DNA of 62,587 nucleotides, counting the filler, from Choristocarpus tenellus KU-1152 (taxonomy: Eukaryota; Protista; Phaeophyceae): NCBI GenBank assembly GCA_964200185.2. It is 9 parts of 9 records of this genome, joined end to end, with 100 filler letters (N's around TTAATTAATTAA, not from the genome) between each part and the next. Parts side by side here need not be neighbours in the genome. Positions count along the whole stretch, not along the records: positions 49,928 to 54,768 come from CAXNAD020012842.1; positions 54,869 to 57,755 come from CAXNAD020023915.1; positions 57,856 to 62,587 come from CAXNAD020013293.1; 6 more parts are not named here. One strand, given 5' to 3'. The position numbers and the translations under genes were made by a program. The notes under the pieces were generated by a model. The model searched no databases and was not told where the DNA came from. It saw nothing but the letters and a program-made list of their open reading frames with translations. This document shows positions 52,403 through 62,587 of the stretch, in pieces (within the stretch, counting starts at the first letter, position 1; every line of letters starts with the position of its first letter).

Positions 52403-54868
52403 CATACACACGCCTTCGAATCTAATCACTCCTAGACCTTATCACTGCCCAAGACCGCCTGTTGCCCGAAAACACCATGACAAGTCCAACAACTTGCCCG
52501 AGAAATAGATAAATGCAGATTGGCGTATCTGACAGGGTGGGGGAGGGGGGGCAGATCACAACAAACCATATCTCGTGCACGACCAAGATATTCGTACGAA
52601 GAGGTCGATCATCATATAATGTCAATACTTACATGCGCTCAGTGGTAGCTTCTATCTGAATAGTATTATCATCGTCATCCCAACAAAGTGGACCTGCACC
52701 TTGGACACAAAGGGAAGCTGGAGACTAAGGAGACATGAGATATGATACAATCGATGACAAGCAAGAACTGGAGGTCAAGAAGATACTTTGGGTACCTTGT
52801 ATGCCATGCGGAATATTGAGCAGTGGGACCCTGGGTGAAGATGACGGAGTTAATCGAGGCAATGCAGCCAGAGATGCAATCCTGAGCCTGAGCCATGAGC
52901 CTCAACATAAGCCTGAGTCTGAGCCACAAGAATCTGCCTATGGACCTGGAGGAGTCGTCACAACACCTGTCCCTGAAGGGGGCACGCCCATCGATTGGAG
53001 ACCCCAAGATTCTTGCTTTCGGAATGAGAAAGTCATTGCTGTACCTGCCACTAGGGGAGCAGGACATTAGCAGGAGCAGTAACTGAGCCTGCACCAGAAA
53101 GGAAAGGAGGAGCTAACCGTGGGGAGCCTGGGAGCACTCTAGCCGCTGGGACCATAAACTCATGGAACAGAACACGTAAGGTCAGCCGAAGAGGCGGCCA
53201 AGGTACAACTGGTCAACATACGGACCATATTACAACAAGATCCCCTACCAGAGACGAGATCAGGATCAACAGAGGATTTTTTATACTGTGGTCTGATCAA
53301 GCATATTGGTTTGTGTTCTTTTGAAGGAATATGCTACAACGGTGGAGGTAACGGAAACCTTCAGATTGTTTGTCGCCAGAGGAGAGCGACACCATCTTAA
53401 CAGGCGGAGGAATTAGCTGGACCAGGGTTGGAGCCAGAAAAGAAAACCAGAGGAAGCTTGTCAGCAAAGGGCTGCCTGTACAAGACTTGTAAGTCTGGGA
53501 AGTAAATTATATATGCTCCAGACCATCAAGAACCATCTTCCATAACAGAGGCACCCTGGCGAGGAAGATTATTGGCAAAGGACTTCACTCAACAAGAGGA
53601 TGTACAAGACATTCAATTATGATAGGCTTCAAGCCTCGGGGAGTGAGTGCTATGTCCAACAAGAGAAACAGCAAAACGGGACTGGTTCAAATTTTTAACC
53701 ATAACCTAAGCGAGGGGTCATCATGGGACACGATTGTACGTCACTGTGTTGACTAGATGAATGACGTATGTTGAGTTCAAGCAATCAGTGTTCTTTTATT
53801 GCGTTGACAAGATAATTGTGATGTGTGTGAGAATTGAACCAATCTGACGTCTTTTAATTCCATTTTTCATGGGGAAGTGTGCAGAATGGGAGTGTGCACA
53901 ATAAGATGTTTTAGGTTAGAGAGTTCCAGCAACTCTTTCATTGCCTGCACTCTCATGGGGGAGTGTGCAAAATAGGACAATAGTGAGGTGTATCTTATTT
54001 TGTGTATGAGAGATAGTCATCTTGATTAAGTTCATGTGACGTAACTAATGAGAAAGTACATCAGAATTATGAATTGAATTTGTATAGGTTTTGTTGATTT
54101 GAATTCAACTACTTTGATTTAATTGTTGACTTCTGTAGGAAGCACAAATAATAATAGAACAAGCGATGAGAAGAGACCCCGCCAAGGTTAATCTTCTAAT
54201 TTCAACCATGTACTCACGTTCAGCAAAGGGGGTCGTGTGAGGCTTCACACCTTCTTGTCTTCACTACTAACAAATAGCATTAACTCCCAAGGTAATTTGC
54301 ACAGCTTCTTCTTCTACTTGGCGATGATAGCAATAACTGATAAACAATTTAATAATATGGGAAAGTAACACTTCTTCTTCTCAGTCAGTCAACCATCCAT
54401 AATGACGATAAAACACCCCCCCGAAAAAGACTACTTCGAAGTACTATTTTTTTCTACCACCTCCACCATCGACAGTCAAACGACTCCACCGACCGCACAA
54501 GTTATTCTAGCAAGCAATCTAACGAAGGGCATACATGTGCACGACGATCAAACGAAATCATTGCCGCCCCCCACACACTGTCCTACTACCACCTTCGGCA
54601 TGGATTCCCATTCAAAAGGGGCCCTTAAAAAGTGCCGCAACATTTTTAAAAAAAAACATAAGGGCACTCTCCACGCACCATTTTGGGTCAAACCCATCCT
54701 CCATAGTATGCTCCATCCTCGATTTTGAGCCTGCTTCAATACGAGTTGATGGACCTTCATAACATATANNNNNNNNNNNNNNNNNNNNNNNNNNNNNNNN
54801 NNNNNNNNNNNNTTAATTAATTAANNNNNNNNNNNNNNNNNNNNNNNNNNNNNNNNNNNNNNNNNNNN

Positions 54869-54990
54869 GTGTCCGAAGCAAGGACATTGACACTTCCTAA
54901 CAAACACGATAGCCAATTTTTCATCAAAATTGCAACAATGGATTTGACCTCCAAATGGACGCGTTGCTACCCTCTAAGATACTTTGTCTC
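54869..54990 (-). mobile_element. MITE family A, partial, reverse orientation
   Basis: Reverse complement of the family A left arm, ending CTACCCTCTAAGATACTTTGTCTC. Confidence 0.85.
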
Positions 54991-55771
54991 TGCATTATTT
55001 TATGGATATCGATCTCCCGAAGGGAGTGGAGAGCGTATTTCTATAGATGATCAGGTTGGCATATACCAGCAGCCACTTTGCAATTGTGTGTGTTTGTTAC
55101 AAGGCTGTCGTTGCCCTCAATACATTCATAGGGGGCATGTAGCTACCTCGAGTTGGTTGCTTCACAGACGCATCATGCATACAAGTCATTTTGTCTGGAG
55201 TCTAAGGAAACTCTACTGGATACTGCGTTTATGAATGTCTTGGTTATATTGGAAGGGGGGGAGGCTGATAATCAGTGGACAATTTTATTGTGGTCAGGAG
55301 GGAGAACTGTAGGTTGGATGCAAAGTGTACAAGGAATGATAAATTATTGAAATCACTCTTTATTATCCATGCATGGCTGTGACTTGGATTAATGACAAAC
55401 TTGCCACCTATACCACACATGCGATTATATAATCCATGCTCTGAGCATATATATATATATATTTTAACTCACACCTTTGCCTCCTGGTCCGGGTCAACTC
55501 ATCCTCTTCCGCTCTGTGCTCTGGGTAAATTTGAAAAATAATCAACCCACCCCGTCCCCCATTATTGGGGTTAGATCTTCAATCTCGTGGCACCCACTTA
55601 CTTGAAGCACCTTTTCAGAAGCTCTTACATTTCTTTTTGATACACATATGCCTCACCACTCTGTCACAGGCGGTCAGCAGGACCACATGAGTTCTTGAAA
55701 CAGCCGCACTTCTTGTGCCTCATGTCCCAAAACGATATGTGGGTTCCCTCCCTAGAGTAAAGAAGCATGAG

Positions 55772-56311
55772 TGTTACAAGCGAATAGCACGAGCATTTCT
55801 TCTCATGTTTTAGCAAACACAAACATTTGTGACAGGCGAATAGTGCGAGCATTGTTTCTCGCGTTCTAACAAGTGCGAACAATATACGAGATTAGTAACA
55901 CATTGGTAGCCTTACAGAACCTTGCTGATTTCGTAGAAGATAGAGAGTAAGATTCGGAATGCATACGTAACATTACAGAAGAAAACGTCAAAGTATCTAA
56001 GAAGTTGCAGAATAGAGATATATGATTGGAGTACGTATAGAGCAGTTGCGTAGAAGACCAAAGAAATTGTGTGGATGATGACAATAATAAGAGGGCCTTT
56101 GGTCAAATCCTTTACCCCTCTTAATCATTCTTTTATCTTGAACGAGACATTGAGTCGAACTTTGAGCTAAGCACTGAGTGGAGTATCAAGAGAAGGCCGT
56201 CTGACACCCAACAAACTGTTACCAAGGGCAACGTCCCCATAGCGTCGTTTCAAGGTCATTGGATTTGAGTTACACATCCTGTGGAGGTGAGTTCTGGGGC
56301 ACGCTGTAACA
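55772..56311 (-). mobile_element. TGTTACA...TGTAACA element with 4-bp TSD TGAG (Ginger-like non-autonomous element or solo LTR)
   Basis: TGAG|TGTTACAAGCG ... ACGCTGTAACA|TGAG. Homologous to 56909-57323 in inverted orientation. Confidence 0.8.
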
Positions 56312-56908
56312 TGAGTTGTGCCTTGTACTTGGGGCTGGTCCACATACGGAAGGATGCAAGTTGTGTGAAAGAGTATGCGGTGCAATAGCTTGAATATTTG
56401 TTCAGGGAGGAAGTGCCAACCTTGTAAGTCCTCTCCTGCCTCCACACCATCGCAGGGCGTCACCTCTTCAGTTTCGTGAGAGTGTGAATGCCACGATTAA
56501 TCTGGGCGGGCAATGGTGTATAGCTGGATTAGATGAGATTGAGGTCGATAGAAATTAAATGCTGGTTAGAGTTCGCTTTGCTGTAAATTTCGGATTTAAA
56601 TATTTACGTGTATGAATCGTGTTTTTCTGTGCCGTGTGTTTCACTCAGGCAAGAGTAGTTAAAATAGGGAAATACGAATCAGATGGGAAAAAATGAACTG
56701 TAGCGGAGAGTATGGAGCAAGGTTGAACAAGGGAAGTATGGAGAGTGAAGTGATTCATAGACGCTTGGTAGGCCTGGAGATAGTTCATCTGTGGAACCGG
56801 TCTCTTGTAGAAATTCCATTGAATCTGCCTCGCTGAAAATCCTTCACCAGGATCCACTTATGGATGCGATATCTTCATCACTGCGGTATGTGTCCACTTA
56901 TGCAAGAC

Positions 56909-57323
56909 TGTTACAGCGTGCCCCAGAACTCACCTCCACAGGATATGCAACTCAAATCCAATGACCTTAAAACGACGCTACGGGGGTCCACAGATGATGA
57001 CCACATATGNNNNNNNNNNGGTAAGGATCAAAGAACTGAGTCGTGTGGTCAACAATAAGTCAGCCTAATATCAACGTCATTCACAGTTTTTCTACAGCCA
57101 AAGAGTTAAATGACGTCTGCAAACTGCTGTGTAAATGCTCCAATCAATGATAAATCTTTATTCTGTAACTTTCAGGAATGGACGTCTATTCTGTAAGGTT
57201 ATGTATGCATTTCGAATCTTGCTCTGCATCTTCTATCAATTCCTTATGCGAATTCTTACGTAAGTATACTGTTCGCGCATTTTGGCACGCAGAAAGAAAT
57301 GCTCGCGCTATTCGCCTGTAACA
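56909..57323 (+). mobile_element. Second TGTTACA...TGTAACA element, TSD AGAC
   Basis: AGAC|TGTTACAGCGTG ... CGCCTGTAACA|AGAC. Confidence 0.8.
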
Positions 57324-57689
57324 AGACGACCAGAGTTGAGAGATAAAAATTACTTTGCATACATTAATAAATAGTATGTTTTACTATTGGAGTATCTATC
57401 TAAAGGTCGACCAAAGTTGATGTTCGGGTAGTGTATATGGAAGGATTGGATGGAATCGATAAACACGAGAGGTGTAATCCAGGTGGTTATGAACAGGGCA
57501 GACTGCGATCTATACACCTGTTAATTAAACTACAGTACAGTAGGCCATACCCATGTAAGACAATGACATCACTTTTACGACTGTCAAACGATATGTACAT
57601 GGTACATAAATGATAGCAATGAAAATAGTATTACATGGTTCTTGATAACACAATATTTAGGTCAAGCTTTTCACCGTCGCTACCAGTGG

Positions 57690-57755
57690 TGTTACAGGCG
57701 CCCCTCAATGCTCACCTTCCAGGATGTACAACTCAAATCCAACGACCTTAAAACG
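57690..57755 (+). mobile_element. Third copy (left end) of the TGT...ACA family
   Basis: TGTTACAGGCGCCCC...CAACTCAAATCCAACGACCTTAAAACG followed by the gap. Confidence 0.75.
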
Positions 57756-58599
57756 NNNNNNNNNNNNNNNNNNNNNNNNNNNNNNNNNNNNNNNNNNNNT
57801 TAATTAATTAANNNNNNNNNNNNNNNNNNNNNNNNNNNNNNNNNNNNNNNNNNNNCCGTTTTCTGTTTATCGATTGGGATTGCAGGTAGGAGTTGTGTTA
57901 TCGTTTTTGAGGCTCTACTCTTGTTCTTTGGACCCCCCTTCCCCCCCCCCCTCCCCCCCCTCATCCCCCTATCTTCTCTGTAGTAGATGAGCCAAGAGTT
58001 GATACGGGTTGAAGATAATCTCTATTGGCTCGACTTGACGCACTGGGCTGTGCATTGGTGCTTTAGATTTATTTATTTTTCTCATACTGTTCCCTGCCCC
58101 TCAAACCTGACTGTTTCTATTATTATTATTTTTAATGTAGTATGAAATTTCAGCACAACACAAGGTTTCTCACTTTTTTTTTCAATGGTCGTATGTATCT
58201 CCCTGGGTTTTTTTTTTACACTTATCCCATGTCAGTCCTTCAACACTGTGTATACATTCCGAGGGGCAATACCGTTACACACCACCACACTCTTTTTTTT
58301 TTCAAGGTTTTTCTTTTGTAAAGGTGGCGTTGTGCCCAATACCTCTGGATAGAATCCACAGAGCAGAGTGGGGGAGAGAGGGAGCTTGCTTAGCTACAGG
58401 TTATTATGTCCCCCCACCCTTCCACCCCCCTAGAGTTGCATTTTTGGGATTACTCCCGATATATCGATTTTAGGGGTGTGGGTGTGGGTTGTACTACTGT
58501 GGTATGACTTGTACGGTAGGTCTCGCGTCTACAACCTGTTTCTTCCTCCTTAGCCCCACTACAATCTGACCGTTTCCTACTGATCCATCCCCTCTCAAG

Positions 58600-60417
58600 G
58601 TCATGAGGGAGTGTGCCGGGAGGCTGGGCATGACCCAGGGAGCGACTGCCTCCAAGAGGAGACGAGATGGGCTGCGGCCAAGGATACTGAGTGTTAGACA
58701 CGGGGTGCGGGGATCCTACCTCTGGAGCAGTGAGGTGTGCAGCCCAACTACCACATAAATACTCCAGAGTGGTACCAATGGTGTGCGCTGGTGTCTATGG
58801 ATAGGCCAATCAATGAGATGTTTGTTGCCCTCGAAGTTTCCTCTCAACTCAATTGCTTTCATGCAGGTTAGCAATGTCAACACTTGCAGTTTGTGTTCCA
58901 TAATTACTTCTGAGGACTCTGATGTTGCACATGTTGGGTGGCGTGTCTGGCTGGTACACACCAGCCCACCTACCGATCCCCCCCCAAAAAAAGAAATAAT
59001 AATAATAATAATAATAATAATAATTTTAAAAAAGATCTCAAGTCGTTATCTTTTTTTAGTCCAGTCTGGCCTCTGTTGCCAGAACCCGATACTGCGAGAC
59101 ATACTGTTGTTGAGTACTCACTACTGCAGTGGCAGAGAAAGCTAGCATCTCCTGCGTGGTTGTCGTTCCAAAAAGGTGGATAAAACGATTGTTGGACTGC
59201 CCAGAAAGTGCTTAACGATTGTTGTAAGTGCTTGCAAGCCCCCCGATAAGCTCCTTCAGACACTGCTCAGTCACTGCCCCTTCTCACTATGCAGCACCTG
59301 ACACATGACACTGCGCTTGAATGTAAACAACTCCCCACCCACCAACAGTACTCTTTAGTGCCGGTGCCCTGTAAGCAGATCCTCGTTCTGTCCACCACTC
59401 CAATTAAACAGAAAAAAAAAAACACTACCTCTCTGTATCTCCCTCTTGCTCCCTCCTGCCTCCACCTTGAAAAACTTTTGTATTATTTTGCAGCACCCTG
59501 GGCAGTACTGGACCATACCAGCAGCCAGAGGGGTTGATGTGGTGGACCCAACAGGAGCAGGAAACGCCTTCTGTGGCGCTCTTGCAGCAAATCTACCCCC
59601 CACATCCAACACAATACCACCAGGGGGTGCAGGGAGTCGGAGCTTGGTACACAACCTGCTTTGGGCAGCTGCCAGGGCTAGCGCTACTGGAGGTGCTGTG
59701 GTTGCTGTGGAAGGTGTGTCAATGGTGGAAGTGGTTGGGGAAGGAATTGCGTTGACTTTTGAGTGAGTAGAACAGGGGGAAGAGGGGAGGGGGGCATGGC
59801 TGGGTCTGAAGGTGAGGGAGGTTCTTGAGCAGCCATGTATATGGATGGTGGTTTGGGTTGTTGCTCGATTTTCCTGCTTGGTTGTATCGATGTTCATGTG
59901 TTGAGGATACTCCCAATCGGCTTGTTTATACCACTTTCATTTTTAAATGTACACATCTCTCTATTAATGTCAGTAATATGTATTAGTTTTGAAGTGTGGC
60001 ACACCTCATCACTTTTGGAAAGCATTGGCCAGGTGATCGGATAGTAGCCCACAACCCTAACCCTTTCACCGCATGGCGTGCATGGTTAAGTGCGTCCAAG
60101 ATATAGTTTTCCTTCTAGACAGCCCACGGACAAACAATAAAAAAAAATAACATTACCTTGGACACATTGTTACTGTACCACTAAATGCAGCAACCAAGTG
60201 CACCCAATCCAATTTGAGTGTCTGTTATGTCTTCCCTCTTCCCCACCCCCCAGACAGACCGTCGCTTGAACCTCCTTTACCCCCTCCTCCTCATGGTTGC
60301 CGGTGACTTCATTATTGACGCCAAGGTCTACCTAGTGTTGATGACGAATCAAGGTGCTCCATAGTGGAAGCCAGTCAGAGCATACTGAGACGTATAGGCC
60401 CCCCAGACCCCTGCTGA
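58600..60417 (+). CDS. PfkB/ribokinase-family carbohydrate kinase, 3' exons
   Basis: Exons 58600-58734 (ILSVRHGVRGSYLW), 59494-59713 (VDVVDPTGAGNAFCGALAA) and 60326-60417 (GLPSV...*). 5' exons were not resolved. Confidence 0.8.
58996..59023. repeat. (AAT)n microsatellite
   Basis: About 9 AAT units, intronic. Confidence 0.9.
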
Positions 60418-61488
60418 GAGCAAGAGACTGCCCTGAGGATGATGCTTTAGAGAAACGTGTTCAGTGCAGTTTGCTCTGCTTCCTGTTTATCTGCTTTGGT
60501 GATTCAATGACTCCAGCAGAAGTATGCTAGGGGTGATTTCCAGCAATCAACTGATCATTTGTGTTGTGTTCAGTGGTTTTCAAAAGCTTGCTTGGCTTGT
60601 GCCAAAAACAGGCACACATGCAAAATCCACAATAGCACACAATACGCCATCCACTTGGACGCATGTACAGCATTTGAAACTAGAGGTTTGAAAGTCGAAA
60701 TTGCATCTGTGAGGCCATGGTTGTACTCAGAAAAAATAGCAGTAGCTAGCTCCATGAGCACCATGAAATGAAGGTACTTCTCCCACACTTCAATACAGAG
60801 GACCTAGTTAGCATCTTCCGGCGAGAGACTTGTGTCTGCCCTCTGTCATTAATAATCAAAACTAGATGCGAAGTGTATGGTCCCTTCAATGTGATGATTA
60901 AAACACTCTATACAAAATAATGTACCATGTCTGTACTCAAAAAAAGGATCACCCAAAAAATGGGGTAAATCCCTACACACTCAAAACTCCCTTATACCTC
61001 ACCACTGTACAATCACCCAACCCCCCTGCCCTCCACCTGTTCCGAGTTTGCCCCTCACTTCTTTGTTGTACATGTCCCACACCATGTGAACGTGGGTGGA
61101 GCAATACTTGCAACCTTCATTATCCAACTTTGCTTATCCCTAAACCAAATACCCTCGTAATACGTAACCACCGTGCTGTAGCGCCCAGAGAAACACTACA
61201 ACACACATTGACCACTCCCAACGCTGCAAACTTAATCGCATTAAAAATTAACATAATCGGAACACTATTAAGTACAATACTTCGCAGCGACAACTACAAG
61301 ATATCCTTCAGCATGTCACACACACTACTCCAAAGCTCAACAAATGTGCAACTCCTGTAGCAGGAAGGGGCTATAGAACCACAGGCGAAAAAACAAACTG
61401 TCCACTTGCACATTTTTTTCCTCCTCCAATTGGAACCCTAACACTACTAACACAAACAACTCAAAAAGTGGTAGGTACCCAATCCCTC

Positions 61489-61768
61489 CTACGTGCCATA
61501 CACCTCCATGCCCTCCCAGAGGCACGGACTGGAGCCTATGCAGTATGAGCTGTGGCCACTGCCGTTGTCATTGCCCCCTACCCCATTCCCACGCCAGCTG
61601 CCACCACCAACAGGGCTGTCCTTCCTGGAATCTCCTTCACACGACGGCAACCTCTCTAGGAATTGTCCAAACAAGATGTTGCCCCTCTCACGCCTGTACC
61701 CCGCCAGAACCTTCAGCGCCGCCCCTGAGGTGTCCCCACTCTCTGGATCCACATTGATCATGGCACAC
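61489..61768 (-). CDS. Last exon of a MOSC-domain protein (molybdenum cofactor sulfurase ABA3/MOCOS-like C-terminus)
   Basis: TAG| RCAMINVDPESG...LKVLAGYRRERGNILFGQFL...LWEGMEVYGT*. Upstream exons were not found in the window. Confidence 0.75.
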
Positions 61769-62587
61769 CTAGTGTATTTATTGCATCTGAAAATCAAGTC
61801 ATATAGAGGCAGTTCTATCATCACAACCTATTACCAAAGGTAGGTAAAGCTCTGGCAATCAGGCAAGTACTATAAAATACCATGGCATTGCCATAAGCAT
61901 CCACCCACAAGAGTCTGAATTGCTTGTTGATTGATAGGACTCCCCTTCTGTGTGACTGGCGAATATATATATATATATATATATATATCACAACAAAGTC
62001 CACACCAACGGGATAACCCTGTTTCAATGGCAAATATTGCAGTAGGGAGGGGTCACCCCGGAGTACATGGGTAACCTCAAAAAACGAAATGAGCTCTACT
62101 CTTCTACTGCATATATATATATTTATTTATTTATTTTAATCCCTCACTAGGATTTTGGCCCCTTGCTACTTCCTCTATATTGGGCTTGTTAGTAGTCAAA
62201 GTAGTCAAAGAGGTGCCTACAGACTACAGAAGGCGTTCGTGGAAGGTGCAAAACCGACAGTAGAGGCGCAGGTCCTCTATCAGCAAATATATTATTGTGG
62301 ATTGAATGCCTTCGTACGATCTTCCTTTTTTAATTCACCTCAGCAATAGAAGGGGACACACCTTCTGTGTCCAATCACACCATCAAAAAGGGAAAAGTGT
62401 TTGAAACAGGAAACACATTTTGAGAGACCGTGCTCGGCATGACTCAAGTTACGAGCAACGGCGTGCACTCCCTACAAACAGGGGGTTCTCTGCAAGGAGC
62501 TTCGGAGATTCAAATATGCAAGTCCCTCCCCACCATCCAGCCCCATCAAGTTACTTTTGGGGGGGGGGGGCGACAAATGGTATCCAG

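Noticed and set aside
56612-56635. About 19/23 match to the reverse complement of positions 1-23
   Set aside because: Short, noticed post hoc, and it cannot be extended within the window.
23032-57855. TTAATTAATTAA repeated inside eight 100-nt N runs
   Set aside because: Artificial six-frame-stop scaffolding linker, not biology. It also makes gene adjacency across gaps unreliable.
60068-60110. A-box/D-arm-like GCATGGCGTGCATGGTTAAGTGCG
   Set aside because: No T arm or B-box follows, and its acceptor does not pair with the Ser half at 27-80.

Overview
Eukaryotic, intron-rich nuclear DNA. It is most consistent with a photosynthetic stramenopile such as a brown alga or relative (inferred from the mastigoneme/Sig-type EGF gene and intron style). 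The window is a set of contigs joined by 100-nt N-gaps carrying the artificial linker TTAATTAATTAA, so adjacency across gaps is not guaranteed. Manual exon reconstruction gives five complete gene models or complete 3' ends: a JMJD4-like JmjC hydroxylase, an unknown 5-exon gene, a 3xKH RNA-binding protein, a secreted EGF-rich Sig/mastigoneme-like protein, and the 3' end of a CEP131-like coiled-coil gene. Five further genes are partial: NCBP2/CBP20, a BAG6-like UBL protein, a probable cation/Ca2+ exchanger, a PfkB kinase and a MOSC-domain (MoCo sulfurase-like) gene. Mobile DNA includes a hAT relic, an intron-containing IS630/Tc1/mariner-type transposase pseudogene with nested insertions, two related GRG-terminal MITE families with 4-bp TSDs (Sola2-like), and TGT...ACA elements with 4-bp TSDs. 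The most unusual signals are (i) a CCA-containing 3' half of tRNA-Ser(GCT) that stops exactly at position 32, and (ii) about one third of inferred host introns using AAG acceptors plus three GC donors. No CRISPR array or prokaryotic system was seen. All gene models were read by eye and have no transcript support.
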